Counted from the stretch's first letter, positions 47,252-59,260 are shown. The stretch is DNA of 64,000 nucleotides from an uncultured Lachnospiraceae bacterium (GCA_947626715.1 CANQTG010000003.1:2707-66706); one strand, 5' to 3'. The notes: a model not told the origin generated them from the letters alone. Numbers and translations: made by a program.

Positions 47252-49756
47252 CTATCTTTCCTCCCCGCCGGCTCGGCCCGCGCCGCCTGCACGCTTTTCC
47301 TGTTCTCCATCATCAGCTCGTCCTGCGCCGCCTGTCCGTTTCGCCTGTCCACCGCCGACGCTTCCTGCGCCCTTATCCTGAGCAAAGCCCGCCGCCTTTG
47401 CAGGCGCGGCTCCCTTCGCGGCCGCCGTCCTGCGCTTTACCAGCGCGTGCTTTAATACCTCTTCCATATGCGTCACGTAGACGATCTCCACGCCCGATTT
47501 GATCTCCCTCGAGATCTCTTCGATATCCTTCTTATTTTCCGCGGGCACCAGCACCTTTTTGATCCCGGCGGACTTCGCCGCCAGTATCTTCTCCTTTAAG
47601 CCGCCGATCGGCAGCACCCGTCCCCGCAGCGTGATCTCTCCCGTCATCGCGACCGAGGCGCTGACAGGCCGCTTTGTCAGGGCCGAAAAGACCGCCGTCG
47701 CCATCGTGATCCCCGCGCTCGGCCCGTCTTTTGGCACCGCGCCCTCCGGTATATGGATATGAAAATCATTTTTGCGGAATGCATCCGCCGCGATCCGGTG
47801 CTCCTTCGCGATCGAACGGATAAAGCTGATCCCCGCAAGCGCGGATTCCTTCATGACGTCGCCCATCTGTCCGGTCAGCTCGATCTCGCCCTTCCCCGGC
47901 ATGATATTGACCTCGATCTCCAGCGTATCGCCCCCGACGCTGGTCCACGCCAGCCCTCTGACGATACCGACCGCGTCGTTTTCATTCACCATATCCTGCG
48001 TATATTTCACCTTGCCCAGATACCGCTCCAGATTCTGGACACTGACCCGTATTTTTTTCTCCCTGCCGCTCTGCAGGATCTCCCGCGCCGCTTTCCGGCA
48101 GATCTGCCCGATCTGGCGCTCCAGCTCGCGCACGCCGGCCTCCCGGGTATAGCCCTGTATCATCATGCGCAGCGCGTTGTCCGTAATCTCGAGCTGCGCG
48201 CCTGATAAACCGTTCTTTTCTAACTGCTTGCCGACCAAATGTTCCTTTGCGATATGGTACTTCTCATTCGCCGTATAGCTCGTCACCTCGATCAGCTCCA
48301 TACGGTCGAGCAGGGGTCTGGGGATCGTCGAGACCGAATTGGCCGTCGCCAAGAACAGCACCTCCGACAGATCGAGCGGGATCTCAACATAATGGTCGCG
48401 AAACTTATTGTTCTGCTCCCCGTCGAGCACCTCTAGCAGCGCGGAAGCCGTATCGCCCCTTTGGTCGGTGCCCACCTTGTCGATCTCGTCGAGCAGCATC
48501 AGCGGGTTATTGACCCCGGCCTGCCGCAGTCCCGCGGCGATCCGTCCCGGCATTGCGCCCACATAGGTGCGCCTGTGTCCCCGTATCTCCGCTTCGTCCC
48601 TGACGCCGCCTAAACAGATACGGATATATTTCTTATTTAACGCCCGCGCCACGCTCTTAGCAATCGAGGTCTTACCCGTCCCGGGAGGGCCGACCAGACA
48701 CAGGATCGGGGAATCCCCGCGTTTGGTAAGGCTCCTGACCGCCAAAAATTCCAGAATGCGCTCCTTGACCTTTTCCAGACCGTAATGATCCTTTTCCAAG
48801 ATCTCCTCCGCCCTTACGATATCCGTATTGTCTTTGGACGCCTTATCCCACGGGAGCTCTAGCAGCGTTTCGATATAGCCCCGCTCTACCGTGCTTTCCG
48901 AACTGCTCGCGGCGATATTCTGGAAACGCGAAATCTCCTTTTTGATCTTTTCCTTTACTTCCTTCGGCGCTTTTAAGCTCTTTAAATCTTCCAAAAACTG
49001 CTCCGCGTCGGAAAGCGCGCCGCCCTCCCCTAACTCCTCGCGGATAAAGCTGAGCTGTTCCCTGAGCAGATATTCCTTCTGGTTTTTCTCCACCCGCGAG
49101 CGTATCTTTTCCGTCAGCTCCGCCCGCGCTCTCGCGACCTCGATCTCATTGAGCAGGATCTGGCACAGCAGCGTAAAGCGTTCCCGCAGATCCAGCTCGC
49201 CCAAGATCCTTTGCTTATTTACATAGTGCAGCGGGATATTGATCGTGATCTCGTCGATGAGCCGTTCCAGATCGTCGATCTCCTGCGTCTTAGGCGACAG
49301 GCTCTTGCCGATCTTAGGATAGCACTGGCTGTACCGCTCAAAATCCGCGCGCAGCTCCCGCAGCGCGGCCTCCTTCTCGCTTCCGGCAAGCGGCTCCGAC
49401 GTTTTGATCTCCTCTGCCTCCGCGGCCAGATACTCCGTCTCTTCCCCGTCAAAGCCCAGCAGCCTTACGCGCTCCTTCCCTTCCGCCAATACGCGCAGGA
49501 TATTGCCCGGCAGCTTTGTCATCTGGCGGATCACCGACAGCGTCCCGATCTCATAAACGTCCTGAAACGCCGGATCCTCTACCGCGGGATCCTTCTGCGC
49601 GACCGCCAGCACCATCTGATCCCCGTTCATCGCATGTTCCACCGCCAGAATGGATTTCTCGCGGCTTAGGTCGAAATGTATGAGCATACCCGGCAAGATC
49701 GTCATTCCGCGCAGCGCGACCGCCGGAACGCGGTATCTGTTTTCTTCCTGATTCAT
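47252..49756 (-). CDS. lon: ATP-dependent protease La (Lon) with an extra C-terminal tail
   Basis: LON_N domain, GPPGTGKTS Walker [16 protein letters not shown] (catalytic Ser), IGGLKEK. Confidence 0.96.
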   Translation of the reverse strand: MNQEENRYRVPAVALRGMTILPGMLIHFDLSREKSILAVEHAMNGDQMVLAVAQKDPAVEDPAFQDVYEIGTLSVIRQMTKLPGNILRVLAEGKERVRLLGFDGEETEYLAAEAEEIKTSEPLAGSEKEAALRELRADFERYSQCYPKIGKSLSPKTQEIDDLERLIDEITINIPLHYVNKQRILGELDLRERFTLLCQILLNEIEVARARAELTEKIRSRVEKNQKEYLLREQLSFIREELGEGGALSDAEQFLEDLKSLKAPKEVKEKIKKEISRFQNIAASSSESTVERGYIETLLELPWDKASKDNTDIVRAEEILEKDHYGLEKVKERILEFLAVRSLTKRGDSPILCLVGPPGTGKTSIAKSVARALNKKYIRICLGGVRDEAEIRGHRRTYVGAMPGRIAAGLRQAGVNNPLMLLDEIDKVGTDQRGDTASALLEVLDGEQNNKFRDHYVEIPLDLSEVLFLATANSVSTIPRPLLDRMELIEVTSYTANEKYHIAKEHLVGKQLEKNGLSGAQLEITDNALRMMIQGYTREAGVRELERQIGQICRKAAREILQSGREKKIRVSVQNLERYLGKVKYTQDMVNENDAVGIVRGLAWTSVGGDTLEIEVNIMPGKGEIELTGQMGDVMKESALAGISFIRSIAKEHRIAADAFRKNDFHIHIPEGAVPKDGPSAGITMATAVFSALTKRPVSASVAMTGEITLRGRVLPIGGLKEKILAAKSAGIKKVLVPAENKKDIEEISREIKSGVEIVYVTHMEEVLKHALVKRRTAAAKGAAPAKAAGFAQDKGAGSVGGGQAKRTGGAGRADDGEQEKRAGGAGRAGGEER

Positions 49757-49801
49757 TTGTCGTTCACCCCTTTACCCCAATCCCCTTTTCGGTACACAAA
49801 A

Positions 49802-49823
49802 CGCCGCTAACTGATTAGCGGCG
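49802..49823. terminator. Stem-loop between clpX and lon
   Basis: CGCCGCTAA-ctga-TTAGCGGCG with A/T-rich flanks. Confidence 0.7.
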
Positions 49824-49838
49824 CTTTCTCCTTTGGTA

Positions 49839-51092
49839 TTACTTCGCTTTTCTGATCGCTTCCCGATGTACGACTAACGGCTCGCTCGTACCGTCGATCA
49901 CCTCTTTGGTGATGATACACTGTACGATCGTATCGTCCGAAGGGATACGGTACATAACGTCCATCAGCACGTTTTCCATGATGGAACGCAGGCCCCTCGC
50001 ACCCGTCTTTCTCTCCAGCGCCTTTCTGGCGATCTCCACGATCGCATCCTCCTCAAAGCGCAGCTTCACATCGTCAAATTCAAATAAACGCTGATACTGC
50101 TTGATCAAGGCGTTTTTCGGTTCCTTCAAAATACGGATAAGCGCTTCCTCGTCCAGACCCTCCAGCGATACGTTGATCGGCACCCTGCCGACAAACTCGG
50201 GGATCAGCCCGAATTTAACGAGATCCTGCGGCGTTACCTCTCCTAAGATCTCGCCGATCTCCTTCGTCGTCTTTTTCCCCATCTCGGCGTTAAAGCCGAT
50301 CAGCTTGCGGTTCAGCCGCTCCTCCACGATCTTGTCCAATCCGTCAAAAGCGCCGCCGCAGATAAACAGGATATTGGAGGTATCGATCTGGATCAGTTCC
50401 TGATGCGGATGCTTCCTGCCGCCCTGCGGGGGTACGCTCGCGACCGTCCCTTCAATGATCTTGAGCAGCGCCTGCTGTACGCCTTCGCCGGAAACGTCGC
50501 GCGTAATAGATACGTTTTCCCCCTTTTTGGTGATTTTATCGATCTCGTCGATATAGACCATTCCGTACTGGGCGCGCTCCACATCGTAATCGGCCGCCTG
50601 AATGAGCTTGAGCAGGATATTTTCCACATCCTCGCCCACATATCCGGCCTCCGTCAGGGTCGTGGCGTCCGCAATCGCGAACGGCACATTGATGATCCGC
50701 GCCAGCGTCTGCGCCAGATAGGTCTTGCCGGAGCCGGTAGGCCCCACCATCAGGATATTGCTCTTTTGCAGCTCCACCTCGTTTAAATCTCTGGGAGCCA
50801 TAACGCGCTTATAATGATTGTAAACGGCCACGGACAGCACCTTTTTCGCCGCTTCCTGCCCGATCACGTAATCATCTAAAAATTCCTTGATCTGCGCCGG
50901 TTTGAGCAGATTGATCTCGATCTCCTCCTGCGCGGGCTCGTCGCCGTATTCTTCCTCCATGATCTCCGCGCAGATATCGATACATTCATCGCAAATATAC
51001 ACGCCCGCGGGCCCCGCGATCAGCTTTCTGACCTGCCCCTGCGTCTTATTGCAAAACGAACATCTTACTTTATCGTCAGGATTCTTTGTCAT
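49839..51092 (-). CDS. clpX: Clp protease ATP-binding subunit
   Basis: Zn finger CSFC...[32 protein letters not shown] loop. Confidence 0.97.
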   Translation of the reverse strand: MTKNPDDKVRCSFCNKTQGQVRKLIAGPAGVYICDECIDICAEIMEEEYGDEPAQEEIEINLLKPAQIKEFLDDYVIGQEAAKKVLSVAVYNHYKRVMAPRDLNEVELQKSNILMVGPTGSGKTYLAQTLARIINVPFAIADATTLTEAGYVGEDVENILLKLIQAADYDVERAQYGMVYIDEIDKITKKGENVSITRDVSGEGVQQALLKIIEGTVASVPPQGGRKHPHQELIQIDTSNILFICGGAFDGLDKIVEERLNRKLIGFNAEMGKKTTKEIGEILGEVTPQDLVKFGLIPEFVGRVPINVSLEGLDEEALIRILKEPKNALIKQYQRLFEFDDVKLRFEEDAIVEIARKALERKTGARGLRSIMENVLMDVMYRIPSDDTIVQCIITKEVIDGTSEPLVVHREAIRKAK

Positions 51093-51116
51093 TTTCTGCC
51101 TACGATCTCCTTACCA

Positions 51117-51710
51117 TCATACTGCGGGCCTGACATCGATCACCTTATCGATCAGGCCGTAATCGAGCGCCTCCTGCGCGCTCTTCCAGTTATCCCGTTC
51201 CGTATCCGCACAGATCACGTCGTACGGCTGCCCGGTATTCTCTGCAAGCATTTTATTTAACTTTTCCTTTGTGCGCAGGATATGCTTCGCCGCGATCTCG
51301 ATCTCCGTAGCCTGCCCCTGCGTCCCGCCAAGCGGCTGATGGATCATGACCTCCGCGTTGGGAAGCGCGCTCCGCTTGCCCTTTGCGCCGCCCGCTAACA
51401 GGAAAGCGCCCATGCTGGCCGCCATGCCGATACAGATCGTCGCCACGTCGCAGCGGATATAATGCATGGTATCATAGATCGCAAGCCCCGCCGTTACAGA
51501 GCCGCCCGGGCTGTTGATATACAGCTGGATATCCTTTTCCGGATCCTCCGCCTCCAAAAACAACATCTGGGCCACGACCAGACTCGCCGTTACCTCGTTG
51601 ACCTCTTCCCCTAAAAATATGATCCTGTCCTTTAACAGTCTCGAATAAATATCATAGGAGCGTTCGCCCCTGCTTGTCTGTTCTATGACATAGGGTACTA
51701 AACTCATCAT
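51117..51710 (-). CDS. clpP: Clp protease proteolytic subunit
   Basis: [32 protein letters not shown]. Confidence 0.97.
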   Translation of the reverse strand: MMSLVPYVIEQTSRGERSYDIYSRLLKDRIIFLGEEVNEVTASLVVAQMLFLEAEDPEKDIQLYINSPGGSVTAGLAIYDTMHYIRCDVATICIGMAASMGAFLLAGGAKGKRSALPNAEVMIHQPLGGTQGQATEIEIAAKHILRTKEKLNKMLAENTGQPYDVICADTERDNWKSAQEALDYGLIDKVIDVRPAV

Positions 51711-51736
51711 AAATGCCTCCTCGCCGGAATCTCTTC

Positions 51737-53050
51737 TTATTTTGCCTCTTCTTTCGCGGGCTTTTCTTTTGCCTGCTTCACTACAAATTCGACGGCTTTC
51801 GTGATCGCAAGGTCATCCATGATCTGCTTTTTGGCCTTTTCATTTTCGCCGAGCATTTCCTTTACCTTGTCCGGTTCCATATTATAGATCTGCCCCATTC
51901 TCGCCATCTCATTCTCATAGTCTTCCTCTGAGGCCGTAATCCCTTCCGCCGCTACGATCGCTTCCAGAGCCAGTCGGGAGCGGATCCGTCTCTCCGCCTG
52001 CGGCTTTAGCTCCTCCATCAGCTTCTCGCTGTCAGTTCCCGTAAACTGGTAGTACTGCTCCAGAGAAAGCCCCTGTATCTGTATCCTCTGCGCGAACTCG
52101 TCCGCCATCTGCCTTTGCTGCGTCTTTAACATCGCGTCGGGGATCTCTAACGCGGCGTCCGCAATGATCGCGTCGATCACGGCCGTCTCCTTTGCATCCG
52201 CCGCTTCCTTTTCTTTGCGCTCGGCGAGCTTTTTCTTAACGTCCTCCCGGTATTCCGCGAGCGTATCGAACTCGGATACCTCGCTCGCGAACTCATCGTC
52301 TAACTCCGGCAGCTCCTTTGTCTTTACCTCTTTAATCGCGACATGGAACACCGCGTCCTTACCCTTTAGATTTTCCGCATGATAATCCTCCGGGAAGGTC
52401 ACGTTGACCTGCGTCTCTTCATCCTTATTCTTGCCAATAAGCTGCTCTTCAAATCCGGGGATAAAAGCGCCCGAGCCGATCGTCAGCGGATAATTCTCGC
52501 CCTTGCCGCCCTCAAACGCGACGCCGTCGATAAAGCCTTCAAAATCAATGGTAACGATATCGCCGTTTTCGACCGCGCGTCCCTCGACCTCTATCGTTCT
52601 GGCGTTATTTTCCCGCTCCTTCTCGATCTGCGCGTCGATCTCTTCCTCTTTCACGCCGGTATCCTGCATTTCGACCTCAACGCCCTTGTATTTCCCGAGC
52701 CGGATCTCCGGTTTTAAAGCCACCTGCGCGGTAAAGATAAAGGGCTTGCCCGCCTCGATCTGCGTCACCTCGATCTCGGGAGAGGATACGATGGATTCCT
52801 CACATTCCGCAAGCGCCTTTTCATAAGCGTCTGGAAGCAGGATATTCGCCGCGTCTTCATAAAATACCTCTTTGCCGTACATCTTTTCGATGATCTGCCG
52901 CGGCACCTTGCCTTTCCGAAAGCCCGGGACGCTGATCCTGTTTTTATTTTTCTGATAAGCCTTCTGGATCGCCGCCTCAAGCTCCTGTGACGATACCTCT
53001 ATTGTCAGTTTTGCCATGCTGTTCTCTAATTTCTCGACCTGTAAACTCAT
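51737..53050 (-). CDS. tig: Trigger factor
   Basis: PGFRKGKVP ribosome-binding motif; FKBP domain ([13 protein letters not shown]). Start at 53050 (RBS AAGGAGG). Confidence 0.96.
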   Translation of the reverse strand: MSLQVEKLENSMAKLTIEVSSQELEAAIQKAYQKNKNRISVPGFRKGKVPRQIIEKMYGKEVFYEDAANILLPDAYEKALAECEESIVSSPEIEVTQIEAGKPFIFTAQVALKPEIRLGKYKGVEVEMQDTGVKEEEIDAQIEKERENNARTIEVEGRAVENGDIVTIDFEGFIDGVAFEGGKGENYPLTIGSGAFIPGFEEQLIGKNKDEETQVNVTFPEDYHAENLKGKDAVFHVAIKEVKTKELPELDDEFASEVSEFDTLAEYREDVKKKLAERKEKEAADAKETAVIDAIIADAALEIPDAMLKTQQRQMADEFAQRIQIQGLSLEQYYQFTGTDSEKLMEELKPQAERRIRSRLALEAIVAAEGITASEEDYENEMARMGQIYNMEPDKVKEMLGENEKAKKQIMDDLAITKAVEFVVKQAKEKPAKEEAK

Positions 53051-53179
53051 GTTTTCCTCCTTCAATCTGCTTCTGTTCTTCTTTTTTCCATACGGCTTTT
53101 CCGATTCTCCTATTTACAGTCATTTTCAAATTATAGCATACGACTTTTAAAAGCGCAAGAATTCTTGAAAAACTTACCA

Positions 53180-53208
53180 TCATAATTCATCCTGTTTCGT
53201 CAATACTA
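53180..53208 (+). promoter_or_regulatory. Possible SigG/SigF-type promoter for the SASP gene
   Basis: TCATA, 17 bp, AATACTA resembles the forespore sigma consensus; matched by eye only. Confidence 0.35.
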
Positions 53209-53327
53209 TCTGCAGGATAAGCGTGACGAGTGCTTGCGGAGGAACGAACTTCTTCAGGATAAGCACAAAATCCGCTTATCTTGAAGAATAGATAAAGGAA
53301 AAAAGAACTAAATGGAGGTGAATGAAG

Positions 53328-53531
53328 ATGGCAAGTTCCAACAGCAGTAACAGGACTGAAGTGCCGGAAGCAAAGGCCGCTATGGATCGTTTTAAAACAG
53401 AGGTTGCATCCGAGCTGGGGATCAACTTAAAGGAAGGTTACAACGGTGATCTGACTTCCAAAGAAGCCGGAAGTATCGGCGGTGAGATGGTGCGTAGAAT
53501 GATCAAGCGCCAGGAAGAGCAGATGAAGTAA
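53328..53531 (+). CDS. Alpha/beta-type small acid-soluble spore protein
   Basis: KAAMDRFKTEVASELG...GDLTSKEAGSIGGEMVRRMI; RBS GGAGGTG. Confidence 0.95.
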   Translation: MASSNSSNRTEVPEAKAAMDRFKTEVASELGINLKEGYNGDLTSKEAGSIGGEMVRRMIKRQEEQMK

Positions 53532-53641
53532 CAGCTTCAGAAAACGGAACGAATAAAAAGCTGAAAAACAGCGGAAAAAATAAGATAAAAAACAGGTGAT
53601 GTGCAGAAAACGCCGCGGCGGCGCTTCTGCATGTGACAACG

Positions 53642-53669
53642 AGCGCCCGACCGTCACGGATCGGGCGCT
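53642..53669 (+). terminator. Stem-loop downstream of the SASP gene
   Basis: AGCGCCCGA...TCGGGCGCT followed by TT. Confidence 0.6.
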
Positions 53670-53730
53670 TTCCGCGTTCCGGTGGATTTCTTTTTGGTTG
53701 TGTGATACAATATCCGCGTAAGCAATGAGC

Positions 53731-53965
53731 AGTGCGAAAACAGAGGACGGTAAAATCCTGCTTGCAGGCAATTTTACCGGACACTGTTTTCATAGGGCGA
53801 AGCCCGCGAACGAGAAAATCGCAGATTTTCGAGCGCGCTGCGAAGCCGCGGTACTATGCAAGTGCGAAAACAGGGAGCGGCATAATCCTGCTTGCAGATA
53901 ATTTTACCGGACACTGTTTTCATAGGGCGAAGCCCGCAAGCGAGAAAATCGCAGATTTTCGAGTG
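53731..53965. repeat. Tandem 130-bp multi-hairpin REP/BIME-like element, 2 copies
   Basis: Copies start at 53731 and 53861 (agtgcgaaaacag...attttaccggacactgttttcatagggcgaagcccgc...gagaaaatcgcagattttcgag). Each has nested inverted repeats and GAA/GCA-loop mini-hairpins. Confidence 0.85.
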
Positions 53966-54002
53966 TGCGCTGCTATTATAAAAACGATATGAGGGATTTG
54001 AC

Positions 54003-54866
54003 ATGTGGATCGCTGACAAATGGAACGAATACGAAGTGCTGGATACCTCCTGCGGGGAAAAGCTGGAACGATGGGGCGATTATCTCCTCATACGGCCCGA
54101 CCCGCAGGTCATCTGGCAGACAGAGAAAACGGATCCCCGCTGGGACAGGCCCGACGCCCACTATCACCGCAGCAGCCGAGGCGGCGGGGAATGGGAATCC
54201 TTCCGTCTGCCGCAGGAATGGTCTATCCGCTACCGAAACCTGCAGTTTCATCTCAAACCGTTCAAATTCAAGCATACCGGACTTTTCCCCGAGCAGGCGG
54301 TCAACTGGGAATGGTTCTCCGAAAGGATCCGCAAAAGCGGCAGGACATTAAAGATCTTAAACCTCTTCGCCTATACGGGAGGCGCTACGCTTGCCGCCGC
54401 CGCTGCGGGAGCCGCCGTCACCCATGTGGACGCTTCGCGCGGTATGGTGGGCTGGGCAAAGGAAAACGCAGCCTCCTCCGGCCTTGCGGACGCTCCGATC
54501 CGCTGGCTCGTAGACGACTGCGTTAAATTCGTAGAACGCGAGATCCGCCGCGGCAGCCGCTACGACGGCATTATCCTCGACCCGCCGTCCTATGGCAGAG
54601 GGCCTAAGGGCGAGGTCTGGAAAATAGAGGCCTCCCTCTATCCTTTTCTGGAACGAACCGCGCGGCTCCTTTCCGACGAGCCCGTATTTTACCTGCTCAA
54701 CTCCTATACCACGGGGCTGCAGCCCGCCGTCCTGTCCTATCTGATAAACAGTATCATCGTCAAAAGATACGGCGGACGCGTACAGGCGGACGAGATCGGA
54801 CTGCCCGTCACGGACAGCCGCCTGATCCTCCCCTGCGGCGCCTGCGCCCGCTGGAGCCCCTTATAA
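54003..54866 (+). CDS. Class I SAM-dependent methyltransferase (RlmI/RlmK-like)
   Basis: HTGLFPEQ, LNLFAYTGG, VDASRG, LDPPSYG. Confidence 0.88.
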   Translation: MWIADKWNEYEVLDTSCGEKLERWGDYLLIRPDPQVIWQTEKTDPRWDRPDAHYHRSSRGGGEWESFRLPQEWSIRYRNLQFHLKPFKFKHTGLFPEQAVNWEWFSERIRKSGRTLKILNLFAYTGGATLAAAAAGAAVTHVDASRGMVGWAKENAASSGLADAPIRWLVDDCVKFVEREIRRGSRYDGIILDPPSYGRGPKGEVWKIEASLYPFLERTARLLSDEPVFYLLNSYTTGLQPAVLSYLINSIIVKRYGGRVQADEIGLPVTDSRLILPCGACARWSPL

Positions 54867-55202
54867 AGAGCCGATAGCCGTCACCATGCCGACCGACATC
54901 AGGATCGTCATAACGATCCCTAAGACGATACTGATACCCGCCCAGATCAGCGCGGCCTTAAAATAATTGGACTTGCTCTTTTTCTCCGAATCGCTAAAGG
55001 CCCATACGAACATCAGCACGATATTGACGCAGGGAATCAGCATAAGCAGCATGGCAATGAGCCATTCTCCCATGCTGACCGGCTCTTCTAACTGCGGGCC
55101 CGGCGTCTGCCCCTGCGGCGCAGGCGCGTCGTAATACGACGAATACGCGCTCTGTCCCATATTGTCCTGACCGTACTGGTTATACCTATTCTGATTGTCC
55201 AT
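54861..55202 (-). CDS. Small membrane protein, Q/N/Y-rich N-terminus
   Basis: PVSMGEWLIAMLLMLIPCVNIVLMFVWAF...KSNYFKA plus a second TM; RBS GGAGG. Confidence 0.75.
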   Translation of the reverse strand: MDNQNRYNQYGQDNMGQSAYSSYYDAPAPQGQTPGPQLEEPVSMGEWLIAMLLMLIPCVNIVLMFVWAFSDSEKKSKSNYFKAALIWAGISIVLGIVMTILMSVGMVTAIGSL

Positions 55203-55229
55203 CGTTTCCCCCTCCTGCTTTCGTATCCG

Positions 55230-55724
55230 TTACGTATTCAGTGTATCATAAACGCCCGAACGCCACAACCGGAAAAATTCCAAAACCCGCTGTCTGTATC
55301 CGGGGATCCACTTCTCGGCCAGATTCCCTCCGGTATAGGATATCGGGGCCCTGCCCGGAAAAAACGCGGCCATGCGATACAGATACAGGATCAGCGTCGC
55401 CGCGCACAAAAGCGCCGCATAAAGCGCAAGACCCTTCGTATGCGGCTTCCCCGCCAGATAACGGTCTCCCAAAAACGCGATAAGAAGCAGCAGCCAGAAT
55501 ATCCCCAGCGGATGCATCCGCAGGGATCTGACGGGCTGTCCCAGCAGAAGGAACCAGACGGCCCGGCTCAGCCCGCAGCCCGGGCAGGGAAGGCCGGTCA
55601 GTATGACCAAAGGGCAAAAGGCGTGAAAAACAAGCCTGACGACCGCATAATAAAGCAAAAGGCACGCGGCCGCCAGACGGTATTTTCGGATATCCGACGC
55701 GATCCTGTCAAGAGCCCGCTTCAT
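55230..55724 (-). CDS. DUF2752 domain membrane protein
   Basis: CPLVILTGLPCPGCGLSRA...MHPLG motif. Confidence 0.85.
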   Translation of the reverse strand: MKRALDRIASDIRKYRLAAACLLLYYAVVRLVFHAFCPLVILTGLPCPGCGLSRAVWFLLLGQPVRSLRMHPLGIFWLLLLIAFLGDRYLAGKPHTKGLALYAALLCAATLILYLYRMAAFFPGRAPISYTGGNLAEKWIPGYRQRVLEFFRLWRSGVYDTLNT

Positions 55725-56398
55725 TTCTCTTTCGAGAACGTCCCGCTCTCCCCGTCTTCTCCCGATTCCTCTAAGCCCAGCTTGGATACGTCCCGTTTAT
55801 CGTCCTCTAACGCAAAACGGGCCTGCCTTACTTTATTGTCCTCTGCGATCGCCCGCAGGATCCGGTTTACGTCTTCCGGCGAAAACATGCCCAGCGCCTT
55901 TTGCAGTCCATCCAGACTGTCCCGGTTTACCTTCAGGCATCCGCCCGCCGACAGCGGGATAACCAGCGTATCGGCCTCGTTTGAGGTATCTCCGAGGCAG
56001 AGGCTGTTATGCTCTTCGTCGCACCAAAAGACAACTCCGTGATATTCGATCACGCCGTCCTTTGCCAAATACCCGTAAGGGACCTTCGCTTCCCCCTTCG
56101 TAATATCCGCTTTCAGGATATCGGCGGGGCCTTTGCCCAAAGAAGCCGCCTCATAGATACGCTGCGCCTCTGCCTTTTCCTTCCGACGCTCAAGGCGCTC
56201 CTTCTGCTGCTTTTGTATCTCGTCGATCTGACGATCCACATTTTTCATGATCTTATCCCACTGCGTCTGCGTATAGGAGCCCGCTCCGGTCGGGATCTCG
56301 TCCTGCGTCTCCCCTTTTTTGATCTTTGTGAGCAGCTCCGCCTGATAGGCATGGAACGCATCCGTCCATTTTCCCTGTGTCACATTTCCCGCCGCCAT
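55721..56398 (-). CDS. Hypothetical protein (225 aa, coiled-coil N-terminal half)
   Basis: RBS AAGGAGG; YLAKDGVIEYHGVVF.CD...LCLGD...NRDSL..L..A.GMFSPEDVNRILRAIA. Confidence 0.75.
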   Translation of the reverse strand: MAAGNVTQGKWTDAFHAYQAELLTKIKKGETQDEIPTGAGSYTQTQWDKIMKNVDRQIDEIQKQQKERLERRKEKAEAQRIYEAASLGKGPADILKADITKGEAKVPYGYLAKDGVIEYHGVVFWCDEEHNSLCLGDTSNEADTLVIPLSAGGCLKVNRDSLDGLQKALGMFSPEDVNRILRAIAEDNKVRQARFALEDDKRDVSKLGLEESGEDGESGTFSKEK

Positions 56399-56585
56399 AA
56401 TTGCCCCTCCTTATGCTTTTTCCATTTTTTTTAACGCTCCGCCGCGTACCGCTTCTTTTTTTCGCCGAATCTCTGCTCTACATAGATATCGGCTTTTTCC
56501 CGGATTCCTTAACCGCAGGGGAACATATTTCCCGCCGGATACGCATAAGGTTGTACCAGAACCAATCCCGTGAAAGTGAGAGAAT

Positions 56586-59258
56586 ATGTTTGCATATAAG
56601 ACCATAAAGGAATGCTGCCAAGAATGCAGAAGCGACGCGCAAAAGGGGCTCACGGCAATGGAGGCGGCCAAACGGCTCCGCCTAGAGGGCAGAAACGAGC
56701 TTCCAGAGAGCGGCCGGAAAAACCCGCTTTCCGCATTTTTCGGACAGCTTCAGGATCCGCTGATCTACGTGCTGCTCGCCGCCTCCGCGATCTCCCTTAT
56801 GCTCGATGACGTGAGCGATACCGTCATTATCCTTTTCGTCGTCGTGATGAACGCGCTCGCCGGCCTGATACAGGAGGGAAAGGCGCAGAAGGCGCTGGAT
56901 TCCCTCAAAAAGCTCACGAGCCCCCGCGCCGTCGTGATACGGGACGGCAGGCGTTTCGAGATCCCCGCGTCCCAGCTCGTCACAGGCGACGTCGTATGTC
57001 TGGAGGCGGGCTGTCAAGTCCCCGCCGATCTGCGGCTTTTGGAAACGGAAGCGCTCAAGATCGAAGAATCCGCCCTTACGGGGGAATCCCTGCCCGTAGA
57101 AAAAGACGCTTCCTTCCTGCCGCGCAGCCGGGACGGCTCCTTTGCCGAGATCCCGCTCGGCGACCGCCGCAACATGGCCTATATGTCCACGATCGTCACA
57201 TATGGCAGGGGCAGGGGCATGGTCACCGCTGCCGGGCTGCATACGGAGATCGGCAGGATCGCCGCCCTGATACAAGGCAGCAGGGAGGAGCCCGCGCCGC
57301 TGCAAAAGCGTCTCGGCGAGCTCGGGGCCATACTCAGCGTTCTCTCTCTGCTGCTGTGCGCCCTGCTCTTTTTCATCGGCCTGATCCAGCGGCGCAACCT
57401 GTTTGAAATGCTGATCGTCGCCATTTCCCTTGCCGTCGCCGCCGTCCCGGAGGGACTGCCCGCCATCGTCACGATCTGCCTTGCTCTCAGCGTTACCCGC
57501 ATGGTGCGCGTCCACACCATCATAAGAAAGCTGCCCTCGGTAGAAACGCTCGGCGCGGTCAGCGTCATCTGTTCCGACAAGACGGGCACCCTGACCCAGA
57601 ACCGTATGCGCGTGGAAAGCTGCTTCTGCGATCTGCGCCTGATCCAGACAGACGAGGTCAACCGGAAGGAGCATTTTGATTTTCTGGCCGGTATGGCGCT
57701 GTGCAACGACAGCTCGATCGAGAACGGCGGCCCGATCGGCGACCCCACCGAGCTGGCCCTATTGGAGCTCGCGGCGGCTAAGGATATCCGCCAAAAGGCG
57801 CTGGAGGGGCAAATGCCGCGCCTAAAGGAGCTTCCCTTTGATTCCGAGCGCAAGATGATGACCACCTTCCACCGCCTCGGGAACGGGAGCGTCAGCTATA
57901 CCAAAGGCGCGCCCGACGAAATCCTAAAGCTCTGCAGCGGTATCCTGTTATATGGAAAGATCCTTCCCCTCACCCGCGAACATCGCTCCAAGATCCGCGA
58001 GCATATGCGCCTCATGTCGTCGCAGGCTCTCAGGACGCTCGCCATCGCCATGCGGAGGGACGGAAGCGGGCCCATCGAGAGCGATCTTGTCTTTCTCGGC
58101 CTTGTCGGAATGCAGGATCCCGCCAGACCGGAGGCGGCCGCGGCCATACAGACATGCAGGCGGGCCGGTATCGACACCGTCATGATCACCGGCGACCATA
58201 TCGATACCGCCTACGCGATCGCCCGCAGGCTCGGTATCGCCAAAAGACGCAGCCAATGCCTTTCCGGCAGCGAGCTCGCCGGACTATCGGAGGAGGATTT
58301 TCTAAAGAAGCTGGACGACGTGCGCGTCTTTGCGCGTATCTCGCCCGGTCAAAAGGTCAGGATCGTAAAGGGATTTCAGGCCAAACGCCATATCGTCGCC
58401 ATGACGGGAGACGGCGTCAACGACGCCCCTTCCCTGAAAAGCGCCGATATCGGCATCGCTATGGGAAAAAACGGTACAGACGTGGCGAAGCAGGCCGCCG
58501 ATATGATCCTGACCGACGACAATTTCGCTACGATAGAAAAGGCGATCCGCGAAGGGCGCGGCGTCTATGAGAATATCAAAAAGTCCGTCGTCTTCCTGCT
58601 TTCCTCCAATCTGGGGGAAATGCTGACGATGTTTGCGGCGGTGATCGCGGGACTCGCCTCGCCGCTTCGATCCAGCCATATCCTCTGGATCAACCTGATC
58701 ACGGATTCCCTGCCCGCGCTCGCGCTGGGGATCGATGAGAACGACGGGGACGCTTTCATGCGGATGCCGCCCAGAAAAAGCGGGGAAAGCCTCTTTGCGG
58801 GCGGCGCGCTGACCTGTACCTGCTTTTACGGCATCCTGATCGCCGCCATCAGCTTGAGCGCCTTCCTGTCCTTCCCGTATTTCCTGCTGCGGGAGCGCGG
58901 GATCCCTCTAAGCCTTGCCGCGTTTTCCTCCCTGTTGGGACACGAAGAGATCCTAAGGCGCGCGCAGACCTACGCCTTTACCGTGCTCGGCCTCTCGCAG
59001 CTCTTCCATGCCGTCGGTATGCGGGATATCCACAGCTCCCTGCTGAAAAGGCGCAGGCGCAATCCCCTAATGCTGGCCGCCTTTGCCGTCGGCCTGCTGC
59101 TCCAGCTCGCCGTAACGGAGATCCCCTTCCTCATTCAGGCATTCGGCGCCGTCCGTCTCCTGTTCCCGGAATGGTGCTTTTTGTTCCTGCTGGCGGCGTT
59201 CCCGCTGCTGGCGCATGAGCTGCTCGCCCTATCCTTCTTCCGGCCCTCTTCCCGCTAA
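56586..59258 (+). CDS. Cation-translocating P-type ATPase (type II, Ca2+-like)
   Basis: [40 protein letters not shown]. Confidence 0.95.
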   Translation: MFAYKTIKECCQECRSDAQKGLTAMEAAKRLRLEGRNELPESGRKNPLSAFFGQLQDPLIYVLLAASAISLMLDDVSDTVIILFVVVMNALAGLIQEGKAQKALDSLKKLTSPRAVVIRDGRRFEIPASQLVTGDVVCLEAGCQVPADLRLLETEALKIEESALTGESLPVEKDASFLPRSRDGSFAEIPLGDRRNMAYMSTIVTYGRGRGMVTAAGLHTEIGRIAALIQGSREEPAPLQKRLGELGAILSVLSLLLCALLFFIGLIQRRNLFEMLIVAISLAVAAVPEGLPAIVTICLALSVTRMVRVHTIIRKLPSVETLGAVSVICSDKTGTLTQNRMRVESCFCDLRLIQTDEVNRKEHFDFLAGMALCNDSSIENGGPIGDPTELALLELAAAKDIRQKALEGQMPRLKELPFDSERKMMTTFHRLGNGSVSYTKGAPDEILKLCSGILLYGKILPLTREHRSKIREHMRLMSSQALRTLAIAMRRDGSGPIESDLVFLGLVGMQDPARPEAAAAIQTCRRAGIDTVMITGDHIDTAYAIARRLGIAKRRSQCLSGSELAGLSEEDFLKKLDDVRVFARISPGQKVRIVKGFQAKRHIVAMTGDGVNDAPSLKSADIGIAMGKNGTDVAKQAADMILTDDNFATIEKAIREGRGVYENIKKSVVFLLSSNLGEMLTMFAAVIAGLASPLRSSHILWINLITDSLPALALGIDENDGDAFMRMPPRKSGESLFAGGALTCTCFYGILIAAISLSAFLSFPYFLLRERGIPLSLAAFSSLLGHEEILRRAQTYAFTVLGLSQLFHAVGMRDIHSSLLKRRRRNPLMLAAFAVGLLLQLAVTEIPFLIQAFGAVRLLFPEWCFLFLLAAFPLLAHELLALSFFRPSSR

Positions 59259-59260
59259 GA

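Noticed and set aside
53731-53965. CRISPR array or self-cleaving ribozyme reading of the 130-bp repeats
   Set aside because: Only two long units, no unique spacers, no cas genes, and no hammerhead (CTGANGA/GAAA) core.
56682-57674. 330-aa and neighbouring minus-strand ORFs
   Set aside because: Antisense shadows of the P-type ATPase.
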